The notes: a model not told the origin generated them from the letters alone. Positions 21,395 through 32,770 are shown, counted from the stretch's first letter. The stretch: 64,000 bases of DNA from an uncultured Desulfatitalea sp. (GCA_963668675.2 CAXXMB010000001.1:480001-544000), one strand, 5' to 3'. A program made the numbers and translations.

Positions 21395-22834
21395 ATGGCT
21401 AAAAACAGAATCTATTCTGGCCTATCTATAGTAACAATAGGACAGGTATGTACGTATGGGCTATCATTCCTAAGAAATTTATTTTTGGCCAGATTGCTAA
21501 GTAAATACGATTTTGGGCTATCTGTTACTTTTATTCTAGCAATAGAAATGATGGATTTTACATATAGAATGTCTTTTGGAAGACAAATTGTTCAATCTGT
21601 AGATGGCGATAAAAAAATTTTTATTAGTACTGCTCATACCTTTCAAATGATTGTAGCAATAATAAGTTCTTTGATAATGATAGTAATGAGTTTGCCGATA
21701 TCATATATTTTTGAAGTTAAAGATAAATATTGGGCATTTGCCATTTTATCTATCATACCAATATTAAGGGGGTTAACTCATTTAGATCATCAAAAGAGAC
21801 AGAGAAATTATAATTTTCTTCCAACTGTTCTATCTGAATTCATCCCCCAATTGATTGTAACTGCAATAATATGGCCTCTTTATTTACTAGTAAGTGATTA
21901 TCGTTTAGCACTTATACTAATTATTTTAAAAGCATTGTTGTCATTATTAATAACGCATATCGTTGCTAAGATACCTTATAAATGGGGGTGGGAAAAATCA
22001 ATATCTACAAGAATGTGGAAATTTAGTTGGCCGCTTATTCTAAATGGGTTGCTTATATATGCATCACAACAAGGTGACCAAATGATAGTTGGAGGTGGTT
22101 ATTCGCTTGAAATTCTAGCAATATATTCTGCTGGTGCAACACTGATAGCTGCCCCATTTATGATAATTGCACAAACTGCCAACTCGATAATGCTACCTTT
22201 ATTGGCAAAAGAGCAAAAAAATATTAATAGTTTCATACGGAAATATAGGGTTTGTTTAAATTTGAGCTGCGTAATTGCAGTTCTTTCTATGACGCCGCTT
22301 ATCATAGGTTCAGAGCAGTTATTAAAATTTTTGTATGGCAGTAAATATATCGGGGGAGGAACTATAATGTCAATACTTGGCGCAGTATGCGCATTAAGAT
22401 TTCTAAGAATAGCCCCAGCCAATGCAGCAATGGCAAAGTCTGATACACAAAATCAAATGATCTCTAATTTTTATAGAGTAAGTTCTTTAGTATTTGCCGG
22501 GTTTTGTATTTATAGTAAGTTGCCGGTCGAATTTATTGCTATCTGTGGTGTCATTGGTGAGGTATTAGCCTTGTCGGTGTCAACTTATCGGCTAAAACAA
22601 AGGCAAGGAATTCCTATATACATAATGATTAAACCTTTTAGCTATTTGGCGGGAAATATTTTATTAGCTTTGTCAACATTATTGTTTGGCTTGAAAAGCT
22701 GTACGCTGCTAGAGATATCTATGATAATAGCTACTTGGATTATTTGTAGTATAGTTACTTCTATTATATTTTTCCCAAGAATATTCGAAAATTTAGGGAT
22801 AAACACCAAAAAGATTGGTACATCGAAGGTATAA
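21395..22834 (+). CDS. wzx: Wzx flippase (PST family)
   Basis: LARLLS..DFG motif; 12-14 TM segments; EPS context. Confidence 0.85.
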   Translation: MAKNRIYSGLSIVTIGQVCTYGLSFLRNLFLARLLSKYDFGLSVTFILAIEMMDFTYRMSFGRQIVQSVDGDKKIFISTAHTFQMIVAIISSLIMIVMSLPISYIFEVKDKYWAFAILSIIPILRGLTHLDHQKRQRNYNFLPTVLSEFIPQLIVTAIIWPLYLLVSDYRLALILIILKALLSLLITHIVAKIPYKWGWEKSISTRMWKFSWPLILNGLLIYASQQGDQMIVGGGYSLEILAIYSAGATLIAAPFMIIAQTANSIMLPLLAKEQKNINSFIRKYRVCLNLSCVIAVLSMTPLIIGSEQLLKFLYGSKYIGGGTIMSILGAVCALRFLRIAPANAAMAKSDTQNQMISNFYRVSSLVFAGFCIYSKLPVEFIAICGVIGEVLALSVSTYRLKQRQGIPIYIMIKPFSYLAGNILLALSTLLFGLKSCTLLEISMIIATWIICSIVTSIIFFPRIFENLGINTKKIGTSKV

Positions 22835-22916
22835 GTCAACTATGTGTATAGAATTTAAACAAGTGACATTGAGTTATGAGGCTCCATATTTTATATTTTA
22901 AATCATTAGTCTCCGG

Positions 22917-23720
22917 TTAAGAACCGAATAAATTCAATCGGATATGTCCGGTAGTAAACTTGTTATTGTAATCGTCCTCTGTGAATAGCCTTGAAATATG
23001 GGTTTTCTTAAAAAGCAAGATGCTTAAAAGCTGTAAAATTGTGTAAAGACTTTGGTCAAACGACAATCGCTTTTTCATGATGGCAACCAGCACATAAACG
23101 GATATTGCGATCCAGATTTGTGTCTTTACCGCAGTTTCCGATATTCCGAAGAACTTTTTTATCCGTAGATGCTGCTTTATCCATTTAAAAAACAGTTCAA
23201 CTTGCCAGTGGCACTTGTACAAATCAGCTACAGTCCGGGCCTCTATCTCGAAATGATTTGTCAAAAACGTCAGGCGTTTTTTTGTTTCAGCGTCGAAATA
23301 CTTGATCCGTCTCAGCTTCTCCGGATAGGCAATGGAAGACTGGTACACAACCGGAAGAACAGTTTGGTCACAGATTGCGCCGCTGGATTTATCAACAGGC
23401 GCAGAATATAGTCGCTTGAGTTTGGTGTTGGCCTTGGTTCTAAGAATGAAAAAAGCAAACTCCTGATGCATGCGGTAAAGCCTTTCAAAATCAAGATAGG
23501 CTCTATCCATCACATAGATTGAACCGGGTTCCGGGAGCAGTTCATCTAACATGTTGACATCATGAACCTTGGCATCGGTTATGGATACAAACGACGGGAT
23601 ATTGCCTCTGAGATCAAGTAGCGTATGAACTTTTATCCCGCTTTTGGTGGTCCGAAACCGCGCCCATGGAAAGACCGATCGGAAGAGATCGATTGTGGAT
23701 GAATCCAGGGCATAAACCCC
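22917..23720 (-). pseudogene. IS4 transposase, N-terminally truncated
   Basis: DSSTIDL, MDRAYLD and YK..WQVELFFKWIKQHL motifs. Confidence 0.85.
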
Positions 23721-23724
23721 CCTG

Positions 23725-23897
23725 TGTCAGGATAGATGTCGCGCCCAATGAAGGGATTTGTTTGAATTGAGATGGGGCGATTGGTATAAAGGATGTATTA
23801 TGAAAACCTATCCTGAGGAATTAAAAGCAAGTATCATCCAGAAGTTATTACCACCGCACAATGCATACGTACCGCAACTGTCCAAAGAGACCGGGAG
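23725..23897 (+). mobile_element. IS3-like orfA 5' fragment
   Basis: MKTYPEELKASIIQKLLPPHN..VPQLSKETG (HTH start). Confidence 0.5.
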
Positions 23898-23963
23898 ATA
23901 CTGGGCTTAAAAACCAAAATCAAGGAGTTGCCCGTTAAAAATGAAACATATCACATATAAATA

Positions 23964-25650
23964 GGACTTGCTGAATTACAGGTAAGTACTTGTAAATATG
24001 ATCTAAATGTGCAATACTATTGGGCATAAGTGAACGAAAAAGCGCCTTTTTTGCCAATAACTCTTGCACTTTACTTTCCGGGAAAAAATGTTCAGACACA
24101 ATTTAAAGCAAATGGAATTCGAAGACTTTAATCTTCCCTTTGATGGCAAATTGCGCAGCGACAATCGCTGGGTAAAAATGGCCAAGATGATTCCTTAGTC
24201 GCAAATCGAGCCATCGTATGTAAAATCGTTATCCGGAAAGGGCAAAGGCCCACCGGCAATGTCGGTGCGTGTGGCTCTTGGCACATTGATCATAAAAGAA
24301 CGCCTTGGACTCAGCGACGATGAAACAGTAGAGCAGATCCGAGAAAATCCGTATCTGCAATACTTTTTAGGATTCAAGGATTACAACGATGAAAAGCCCT
24401 TTGATTCGTCGATGCTCGTGCATTTCCGTAAGCGGTTGAGCAATGATCTGGTATGCCAGCTTATTGAGCAGGTAAATCACAACGCCCTTGAGCAAACCAA
24501 AAGCAAATCGAAAAAAGATGACGGCAGCGATGATACTGATGGTGGCCCCGCAAACGCCCAAAAGAAAAATAAGGGGAAATTGCTCATCGATGCGACGTGC
24601 ACGCCGGCAGATATTACCTTCCCGACAGATTTAAAAACACTCAACAAGGCAAGAGAGCATAGTGAAGAAATCATAGACAAGCTTCATCGACCGCATAAAG
24701 GTGTCAGGAAAAAACCTCGCAACTACAGAAAAAAGGCTCGCAAGGAGTTTTTGGCTGTCGCCAAAAGTAAAAAGCCCCCAAAGGCCAAGCTTCGCAAAGC
24801 GATCCGAAAGCAGCTTGGGTATCTTCGTAGAAATTTGAAAAGCATTGACGAGCTGTCAAAAATCAGTTCACTACTTTTACTGAGCAAGCGTCAATACAAG
24901 AATCTGTTGGTCATCCATGATGTCTACAGCCAGCAGCAATGGATGTACGACAATCGAGAAAAAAAGAATTAACGATCGAATTGTGAGCATCAGTCAACCC
25001 CATGTCAGACCGATCAAGCGTGGTAAAACAGGTACTGATACGGAATTTGGCGCCAAGCTATCGGCCAGCCTTGTCGATGGATACTGCTTTTTAGATCATT
25101 TAAATTGGGACAACTTCAACGAAGGCGGCGATTTAAAGCAGCAAGCAACAGCCTACCGTCGCCGCTTTGGCTTTTATCCCAAATCTATACATGCAGATAG
25201 CATTTATCGCAACCGTGCCAATATCAAGTTTTGCAAAAAGAACGGTATTCGCTTATCAGGGCCGGCATTGGGAAGGCCACCGAAGGACATTGAACTTCAA
25301 AAAGAAGTAAAAAAGCAAACACGCCAGGACGAGATGGATTGCATACCGATAGAAGGAAAATTCGGGCAAGGCAAGCGACGATTCAGTTTATCAAAGATCA
25401 TGTGCAAGTTAGACTGTACGTCAGAGACGGCAGTAGCAATTGCGTTTTTGGTGATGAATTTGGAGAAGTGGCTCAAGGTCCTTCTTTTTTGTCTAATTTT
25501 AGCGCCTGAAAAGGCCCTATATCGGCTCGCTGGTGCCTTTAGAGGTCATTTTTCGTTAGCAGCGATTACATCTAAACCGCGAAACTCGTTAGCGAACTTT
25601 AGAGCTCTTTTGATAGAAAATCAGCGCTTTGCCTATTATTCAGGAAGCCC
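23964..25650 (+). mobile_element. IS5-family element with pseudogenised transposase
   Basis: TIRs GGACTTGCTGAAT / ATTCAGGAAGCCC; 6-bp TSD TAAATA; TAG near 24196 and a frameshift in the A-run near 24960; paralogue of 60382-62054. Confidence 0.9.
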
Positions 25651-25787
25651 TAAATACAATTGGTTGTGGCGATTTTGTGTGATTTTAAACGGACACTATT
25701 GATTTTAAATGATGTTTTTTCGTCTAAAGGGCATAAATTGCCAACTGTAATTGCTATTGTGAGAACTATTTTAATATAAGGAAATGT

Positions 25788-27044
25788 ATGAATATTTATC
25801 GAGAGAAAAAAATAAACAATGTAGGCGATGTGGTTTCTTTAAGACTTTGTTTGGGGTGTGGTATATGTATTCCCATATGTCCGGAAAGTAATATAAAACT
25901 TGTCGATATAATAAGTATAGGGCTAAGGCCAGTCGTAAATAACAAATTATGTACACATTGCAAAACATGTTTAAGTGCTTGCCCTGGCATATCACTAAGT
26001 ACAGAGAATTTATACAATAAATACAATATGAAAAAGAATGATGAACAAAAAAAATGGGGAAAATTTTTAGAAATATGGGAAGGATATTCTACTGATGAAG
26101 AAATTAGATATAAAGGATCGTCAGGCGGTATATGCACAGCGCTATCCGTATATTGTATAGAAAAAGGTATTGCGAGCGGCATTTTACATGTAGGATCTGA
26201 CCCAGAAATACCTTATAGAAATAGAACTTATCGTAGTACAAAAAGAGAAGAGCTTATCTCTATGACTGGCTCAAGATATTCACCTGCTGCACCAGGAGAA
26301 AGGGTAGATATAATTAAAGATAATAATGGGAAAACGGTAGTAGTAGGTAAGCCCTGTGATATAGCAGGTTTTAGAAAAGCAGAAAAAATATTACCAGACT
26401 TGAGAGATAAGATCGCTTTAAAAATAGGTTTCTTCTGTGCTGGGACACCTTCATCAGAAGGGACACTAGATTTATTAAGAAAGCATAGTATTGATAAATC
26501 AGAAATTAAAAATATAAGGTATAGAGGAAAGGGTTGGCCTGGAATGGCAACTTTTACGTTTAAAGATAAAGATAGAACACCCTGCAAGTTAACATATAAT
26601 GATTCCTGGGGGTTTATTCAAAAATATCGGCCATTTCGTTGCTATTTATGCCCTGATTTAACAGCTGAATTTGCGGATATTTCAGTGGGAGATCCTTGGT
26701 ATAGAGAAATTAGAAATGATGCTATGGGTAGATCTATAATTTTAATAAGAACCGAAGAAGGAAAAACAATATTTAAAAATGCTCTTGAAGAGGGCTACAT
26801 TAGTGCAAAGAGGGTGAAAACGAATATTATCTATTTATCACAGAAGAATTTATTAGGAAAAAGAAGGGCTATTTGGGGGCGTCTACTTGCATTAAAAATG
26901 TTGGGTTTACCTTATCCGCGTTTAAAAGGATTTCACCTTTTTGAAAATTGGTTAGATTTGTCTTTAAATCATAAATTGAAATCAATATTTGGAACTATAA
27001 AAAGAATATATAGACGCAATTATTTTAGTAAACTTAAAATTTGA
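25788..27044 (+). CDS. FrhB/FdhB-like Fe-S protein (F420 hydrogenase beta-subunit family), EPS-locus type
   Basis: Two CxxCxxCxxxCP motifs; GSSGG, GKPC, FCAG, YRGKGWPG and RC..C.D....ADISVGD motifs. Confidence 0.85.
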   Translation: MNIYREKKINNVGDVVSLRLCLGCGICIPICPESNIKLVDIISIGLRPVVNNKLCTHCKTCLSACPGISLSTENLYNKYNMKKNDEQKKWGKFLEIWEGYSTDEEIRYKGSSGGICTALSVYCIEKGIASGILHVGSDPEIPYRNRTYRSTKREELISMTGSRYSPAAPGERVDIIKDNNGKTVVVGKPCDIAGFRKAEKILPDLRDKIALKIGFFCAGTPSSEGTLDLLRKHSIDKSEIKNIRYRGKGWPGMATFTFKDKDRTPCKLTYNDSWGFIQKYRPFRCYLCPDLTAEFADISVGDPWYREIRNDAMGRSIILIRTEEGKTIFKNALEEGYISAKRVKTNIIYLSQKNLLGKRRAIWGRLLALKMLGLPYPRLKGFHLFENWLDLSLNHKLKSIFGTIKRIYRRNYFSKLKI

Positions 27045-27308
27045 GGAGATGAGCACGACTACAGTTATCAAATTGTCATGAAGCGGTATTCGTACCACAA
27101 AATATAAATGCGGCTATGCATTAAACCCAAGTGATAAATTATTTTATCCCGTAGTGACCGTATCTGTCAAAAACAGCAAGTATGATGGCATAAATATAAA
27201 AAAAGGAGGCCGCCCTGATCGATTTTACAATCAAAGAGGATTTCCCATAGATATCACACCTTCGTATGCTACAAAAAAAAAGCCAAAGCGGGTAGCAAAA
27301 TATTTTTT

Positions 27309-27745
27309 AACTATTCAGCGTAATACCTAAAAAAGCAGTAAAAGTAGCAGAAAAAGCTTGACAGGGTTTTCGAAAAAAAAGGTGAAAAATGATTCTATGT
27401 AACAGTTCTTCCTCATAACGTTCGTCTGGTCGTCGCTTATCGATTTTAAGGCCGTTTTCGATAGAAACTCATGATGCATTGATGCATTAGTTCAACTGTT
27501 TTTCAGGCGGTATTGGCGATCACAGAGCGAAAAAAGTCGGTTTTAAAATTTGCGCTTATGCACAAAACCCAAGTGACATGTTCAGGCAGTTGTCCGAGGG
27601 TGCCGATGATAATGCACAGATTTCCAGTTTTTCCGCATACAGCGCTTCTTTCGACAGTTTGTCATGGCTCCAACGAAGGTGGATGTTACCCGCGCCTCTT
27701 TCATCACTTGGGCTTTGTGGATAACCGCATTAAAATTTGTGCTAT
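27309..27745. mobile_element. Unclassified IS remnant
   Basis: Begins AACTATTCAGCGTAA, an end shared with 8128-8215; higher GC than flanks. Confidence 0.4.
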
Positions 27746-29065
27746 AATAGCTTCATTGACAGCACAAGGAAGAAAATTAGATAAAAAGATCAATCTAACA
27801 GCTAAAAAAGGGTTTTCCACATATGCGATAGGTAAGTCGAATCTGGATTTAATCGCCTGCAAAATGAAAGACATTATCAGTAAAATTGATAGACAAAGAG
27901 AAGTTACTAAGACGCTTATAAATCTCATTGATGGTGGTGGACCCCATCGGTTGGACAACCTTAGGGGCAAGTTAAGCTATAGGTCAGTTGGTTTACCGGG
28001 GACCTTTTCCCCCTTGTAAGTTTAATGCCACGGCCGTGTACCGGGGGGATCCACAAAATCCCCCCGGTACACACGCGCGAGCACAATATAGCTTTAATGC
28101 TCAGGCCTGAAAAGCATAACATCATCACGCAGCCTCTGCTACCGAACAACCTGCGAAGTAAACCTCATCCGGGGTCATGTCGTCAAGCCCTTGGTGGGGG
28201 CGCTGGCTGTTGTAGTATTTAAACCATCCCATCAGCCCTTCGCGAAGCTTGCTGCCACTGTCAAATGCGTGAAGGTACAGATAATGGTACTTTACGGTCC
28301 ACCAGAGTCGTTCAATGAAAATATTGTCCATGGCTCGACCTCTGCCATCCATGCTGATGGTAACGCCTGCAGATCGAAGCGTATCGGTAAATCGCTTCAA
28401 GGCCCATCAGGCGCATCAAACGCTGAACCTTCCTGCGGTTGGGTTTATATCCCAATCGACGCAGGATAGTTCTCATCGTTCTGCTACCGGCAGTCGGTGT
28501 TTTCATATATTGCTCATCGATCAGCCGCATCAGCTCCAAGTCCGCGGGATTGGTGGGCTTTGGTGTATAGTAAAACGGTGAACGGTTAACGTTTAACATG
28601 CTGCATTGGCGCGATATGCTCAGCTTTTGGTCGTTGCGCTCTATCATCTGTTTCCGCTGTTCAAGACTCAATAGCCGAGCTTTCGTGATAAAAAATCGTT
28701 CTCAACCTTTAACTGGCCAATCTGACGGTGCAACTCATCGACCTTGGTGTCGATTTGTTTCCGCGACTTTTGATTCTTGTCGAAAATATCGCCGGCGCCG
28801 TCTAACAGTGCCTTTTTCCAAGTACTAATCATGGTCGGATGAACATTGTCAATGGGAATGAAAAGTGTACCACTTTCGGGAAAATAAAAATGTACCACCG
28901 CCCGGGTTAAAACATACGCTGACCCCATTCATCCGGGCCTGTGAGCTGACCAGGGTGGTTAAAGAACTGGGTCGTGTCCCGGGGGGATCCATCAAAAATC
29001 CCCCCGGGACACACGCCCCCGCACAAACGGACTTTAAAGCCGCCGGGCAGCGTGTTCCATCCTGG

Positions 29066-29845
29066 TCAACAAGCCTCGGCCGATACACTTTGTTCTTCCT
29101 TCTGCACGAGTTGTTTTTTTACCGTCGCATGCCCTTTGAGACGGTAACTATGTCCTTTGATGTTGATCACCTTGCAGTGGTGCAGCAAGCGGTCCAGGAT
29201 GGCCGTTGCGATCACCTGGTCGCCAAACAGCTCCTGCCAGTCGCCGAAGCTTTTGTTTGAGGTGATGATCGTTGAACTCCGCTCGTAACGGTAGGAGACA
29301 AACTGGAAGAACAGGTAAGCCTCCTTGCTGTCGATGGGAAGATACCCCACCTCATCGACCACGACCAGGGTGGATGTCAGGTACGCCTTATGCCGCGACT
29401 GGGGCTCTTTGAGTTTGCGCATCAATGTGTCCATGGTGGTAAAGTACACCTTGAAGCCATGGTGGCACGCCTTGGTGGCCAAAGCGATGCCCAGATGAGT
29501 TTTGCCCACACCGGGAGGACCGAGAAAGATCACGTTTTCGTGCTTGGGAACAAAATCCAGATCGAACAGGGCCATCACCTCTTTTTTGTTTAGACCGGGA
29601 TGGAAGGAAAAGTCGTATCCGTCGATGGTCTTGGCGGCCGGCAGCCCGGCAGTCTTCATGGCGGTATGCACACGGCGTTTTTCCTTGGCGGCCACTTCTT
29701 CTTCGAGCAGATGGTCCAAAAAGGCCGTATATGAACTTTTATCGGCCTCTGCCTGGCCGAGGATATCGTCGAGCACCTCTGCAGCCCGGGTGAGTTTGAG
29801 TCGCTGCAGATTGTCCCGGAGACGGTCGGTGACTAATTGGTCCAT
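29066..29845 (-). CDS. istB: IS21 helper ATPase IstB
   Basis: GPPGVGKTHL, DEVGY, TSN and AILDRLLHH motifs. Confidence 0.95.
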   Translation of the reverse strand: MDQLVTDRLRDNLQRLKLTRAAEVLDDILGQAEADKSSYTAFLDHLLEEEVAAKEKRRVHTAMKTAGLPAAKTIDGYDFSFHPGLNKKEVMALFDLDFVPKHENVIFLGPPGVGKTHLGIALATKACHHGFKVYFTTMDTLMRKLKEPQSRHKAYLTSTLVVVDEVGYLPIDSKEAYLFFQFVSYRYERSSTIITSNKSFGDWQELFGDQVIATAILDRLLHHCKVINIKGHSYRLKGHATVKKQLVQKEEQSVSAEAC

Positions 29846-31104
29846 ACGTCACCTCCTTGGGCAAACTGATCATAAAACGACAGCGGCCGGTGTTGCACCT
29901 GGGCAAACAGACTGGAGTTGACCAGGCCTCGTGTGGCTTTGCCCTTGACCCGGCCATAGGTTCTGTTACCGCTGTGGGTACGCCGACGGGCCATGATCTG
30001 GTCGATGACCGCCGCAGAGACGATCCAACGATTCTTTTCGTTGCTTTCGGCATGGGTGATCAACAGACGATCGTCATCGTAGATATCGATTGTACCGTCT
30101 TTGATTTTGAGCAATACTTTTTTACCAACAGCCTCCGGCGGCACATGGTAGCGGTTGGTGTTGTAAGAGATCATGCAGTCTTTGTACACCGTGCGGTAGA
30201 CCTTGGTGGAGGTGTCATAGTCCGGCGGACATGGGGTGAGCCGTTTGATCTCCTGACGCCAACGAATATCCACCTGCTGCCGGTGGGTGCCGTGTACACG
30301 GCAATTGGCCGTTTCACTGAGCCAATGAAGCAGATCGGCATTGGCCTGATCAAGACCATTGAACTGGTAGCCGCGCCAGAAGCCTTCACGGATATAGTCG
30401 ATGGGACGCTCCACCTTGCCTTTGACCCAGGGGCTGTACGGTGGACATAAAATCGGTTTGAACATGCAGTGGTTGGCAAAGTGCATCAACTCGACATTGA
30501 TAATCTTTCGACCGTTTTGTGTGCCGATGAACACATGGCGCATGTTGTCGTAAAGCAGCTCTAACGGGACTCCGCCAAGATAGTGAAAGGCGCGCAGGTG
30601 GGCATCCAAAAACGCTTGAAGGCTGCACGTGGTGACGAACTGGGCATACATGGCCCGGGAAAATCCCAGCACCAGGATAAACAGATACAACGTGATGTCC
30701 TTAGCACCGGCCGTAGCGACTTTAAAATCGGCCCAGTCCACCTGGCCTTGCAGCCCCGGGATGGTCTCGAATCGCAAGAACGCCTGGCGATGTTTGCCGG
30801 CTTTTACCTTGCGGACATAGATCTTGACCATGTCGTATCCACCGCAATAGCCCAGGTTTTTGATTTGGCAATAGATCCGGCTGGCCCGGTAATTGTCCTG
30901 TTCGAGCCAGTCATCGATCATCTGGCGATAGGGATCGAGAATCGATTTGCTACGCGCGCATTTTTGATATCGCGGCGGTTGCCCCTCAGTCAGATATTTT
31001 TTGACGGTTGTGCGATGAATGCCAAGCTTGCGCGAGATCTCACGCAGGGAACATCCTTGGCGACGCAATGCAATAATGTCCATGAAAACCTCCATTGCGA
31101 TCAT
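29833..31104 (-). CDS. istA: IS21 transposase IstA
   Basis: HTH; RFET.PG.QGQVDW, YDNM and KGKVER motifs. Confidence 0.95.
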   Translation of the reverse strand: MIAMEVFMDIIALRRQGCSLREISRKLGIHRTTVKKYLTEGQPPRYQKCARSKSILDPYRQMIDDWLEQDNYRASRIYCQIKNLGYCGGYDMVKIYVRKVKAGKHRQAFLRFETIPGLQGQVDWADFKVATAGAKDITLYLFILVLGFSRAMYAQFVTTCSLQAFLDAHLRAFHYLGGVPLELLYDNMRHVFIGTQNGRKIINVELMHFANHCMFKPILCPPYSPWVKGKVERPIDYIREGFWRGYQFNGLDQANADLLHWLSETANCRVHGTHRQQVDIRWRQEIKRLTPCPPDYDTSTKVYRTVYKDCMISYNTNRYHVPPEAVGKKVLLKIKDGTIDIYDDDRLLITHAESNEKNRWIVSAAVIDQIMARRRTHSGNRTYGRVKGKATRGLVNSSLFAQVQHRPLSFYDQFAQGGDVWTN

Positions 31105-31717
31105 GGCTCAGCCCTCCTTTAACGAGGGGTTTACCATGATCACCTCTGGAAGGTGGTACAGTTTTCATTCCCATTTTTGGTACATTTTTGCATTCCCGTC
31201 GACAAACATCGAACCGTTTGGATAGTTGGGTTGTGGTCTCTTCGTTCTTGATGGCGGCCAAGGCTACTTTGGCCTTGAACTCTGGACTGTGATTACGACG
31301 TTTGTTTTTCATGTCAGCTCCTTTTCGTTCAGGCTGACTTATAGCTTAGCACATTGTCCAGTTTTTGGGGTCCACCGCCGATAACGACAAAGCCTCAATG
31401 TCTCCAATGGATAATAATGGGAATTTTAGTAACGGTTATCAGTTCGCAATAAGATTAAAGAATTCTCTACAAAGAGATAAGGTGTATGATTATCGTTTAT
31501 AAACAAAGGGTCGATTCTGAAAAATATTATGATGAAGTAATAGAGATCGTAAAATCACAATACAACTATTTAGGAACCTGTCCTAATGCTGATATCGCGT
31601 GTAAGACGGTACTAATTATTCCTAATCATTATTTCCTTTCCAAGGATGATATACTTCATATTGCTTCATCTTTGAATACTATACTCTGATAATTCAAACT
31701 AATATAAAGATTTTTGT

Positions 31718-32770
31718 ATGATTAAGCATTTTATTGATTTAAAAGACACCCGTAATGCCAAAAAATGGGATGAGTTCGTAGTAAGCAATTTGTACGGTAC
31801 GCCATATCATCTCACAACTTGGCTGAACACCCTCGAAGAAACCTATGGATTTAAGCCTCTGCATATTTGTTTTAAAGATAAAAATAATGAGATAGAAGTG
31901 GTTTTTCCGCTTTTTACCATTAACAATATTTTTCAAAAAAATAGAGCAGTTTCGATCCCTTTCTCTGACTATGGCGGGCCAATCACTTCAAACACAAAGC
32001 CCTTATCACAGCTATTTATAAATAACGAAATTATTTTTAGTTCCGGTATAAAAAACTTAGAATGCAGATGTCCACTTCCTGGTTTTTTGGATTTCAATGG
32101 GGTTGCAAATTATTATCGGCATTATCTGGATTTAGAAAAAGGTATCGATCTAATAGAAAAGAATGTTGACAAAAAGACGATTAGATACTCAATCCGAAAA
32201 GCTATTAAACATGGCGTTCAAATCCGGGAGGATAACTCTGAAAAGGCTCTATATCATTTTATTAGACTTAATGAACTAACTCGTGCAAAACACAAAGTTC
32301 CTGCGCAACCTAAACAATTTTTTAAAAATATCTACAAGAACATAGTTCAACAAAATAGAGGATATTTTTTGATTGCAGAGCATCAAGGTATTGTAACTGC
32401 AGCTTCACTATTTCTTTTGTGCGGTGATATAATTCATTATAAATATAGTGCCTCTGATCCGAGCGTTTTTGGAACAGTTTCTCCTAACCATTTACTGACC
32501 TGGACTGCTATTCAAAATAGTATTTTAAAAGGATATAAAAAATTTGACTTCGGAAGAACATCTACTGATAATAGCGGGCTTGTTCGATATAAAAGAATGT
32601 GGGGATGCAATGAAATAGAATGGGATTATAGCTATTATCCGGAAGTATGCGGTGCTTCTTCTATTAAGGAAAGTAGTCCAAAGTACCAATTGTTGATAAA
32701 AACTTGGGATAAGCTGCCTAAATTTCTGAAGGATATTATAAGTTTAAGGATGTATAAATATCTGGGATAA
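31718..32770 (+). CDS. FemAB-like/GNAT protein of the type associated with exosortase EPS loci
   Basis: SIPFSDYGG, IRKA, PNHLL.W and FDFGRT...GL..YK.MWG motifs. Confidence 0.85.
   Translation: MIKHFIDLKDTRNAKKWDEFVVSNLYGTPYHLTTWLNTLEETYGFKPLHICFKDKNNEIEVVFPLFTINNIFQKNRAVSIPFSDYGGPITSNTKPLSQLFINNEIIFSSGIKNLECRCPLPGFLDFNGVANYYRHYLDLEKGIDLIEKNVDKKTIRYSIRKAIKHGVQIREDNSEKALYHFIRLNELTRAKHKVPAQPKQFFKNIYKNIVQQNRGYFLIAEHQGIVTAASLFLLCGDIIHYKYSASDPSVFGTVSPNHLLTWTAIQNSILKGYKKFDFGRTSTDNSGLVRYKRMWGCNEIEWDYSYYPEVCGASSIKESSPKYQLLIKTWDKLPKFLKDIISLRMYKYLG

Larger units (their letters stand above)
22904..25701 (-). mobile_element. IS4-family element, internally deleted, carrying an IS3 fragment and a nested IS5
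   Basis: TIRs CATTAGTCTCCGGTTAA / CAATAGTGTCCGTTTAA; perfect 9-bp TSD ATTTTAAAT (22895-22903, 25702-25710). Confidence 0.85.
28847..31204 (-). mobile_element. IS21-family element, apparently intact
   Basis: TGTC...GACA ends with internal TGTACCA repeats; 5-bp TSD AACAT. Confidence 0.95.
27933..31379 (-). mobile_element. IS3-family element (orfA split by IS21; orfB internally deleted)
   Basis: TIRs GG(T/C)GGTGGACCCC...GGACAA; 3-bp TSD GAT; orfA 31312-31205 plus 28846-28668; orfB fragments with SMDGRGRAMDNIFIERLW. Confidence 0.85.
27750..31689 (+). pseudogene. DegT/DnrJ-type sugar aminotransferase C-terminal half, split by IS3::IS21
   Basis: Removing 27933-31379 and one GAT rejoins ...KTLINLID|NDKASM...NGYQFAIR; after a further frameshift it continues ...CPNADIACKTVLIIPNH. 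Confidence 0.6.

Noticed and set aside
25788..27044. True F420 hydrogenase
   Set aside because: No large or small hydrogenase subunits or maturation genes in the window.
27513..28019. 168-aa ORF
   Set aside because: Chimera of an IS remnant, the aminotransferase fragment and the IS3 end.
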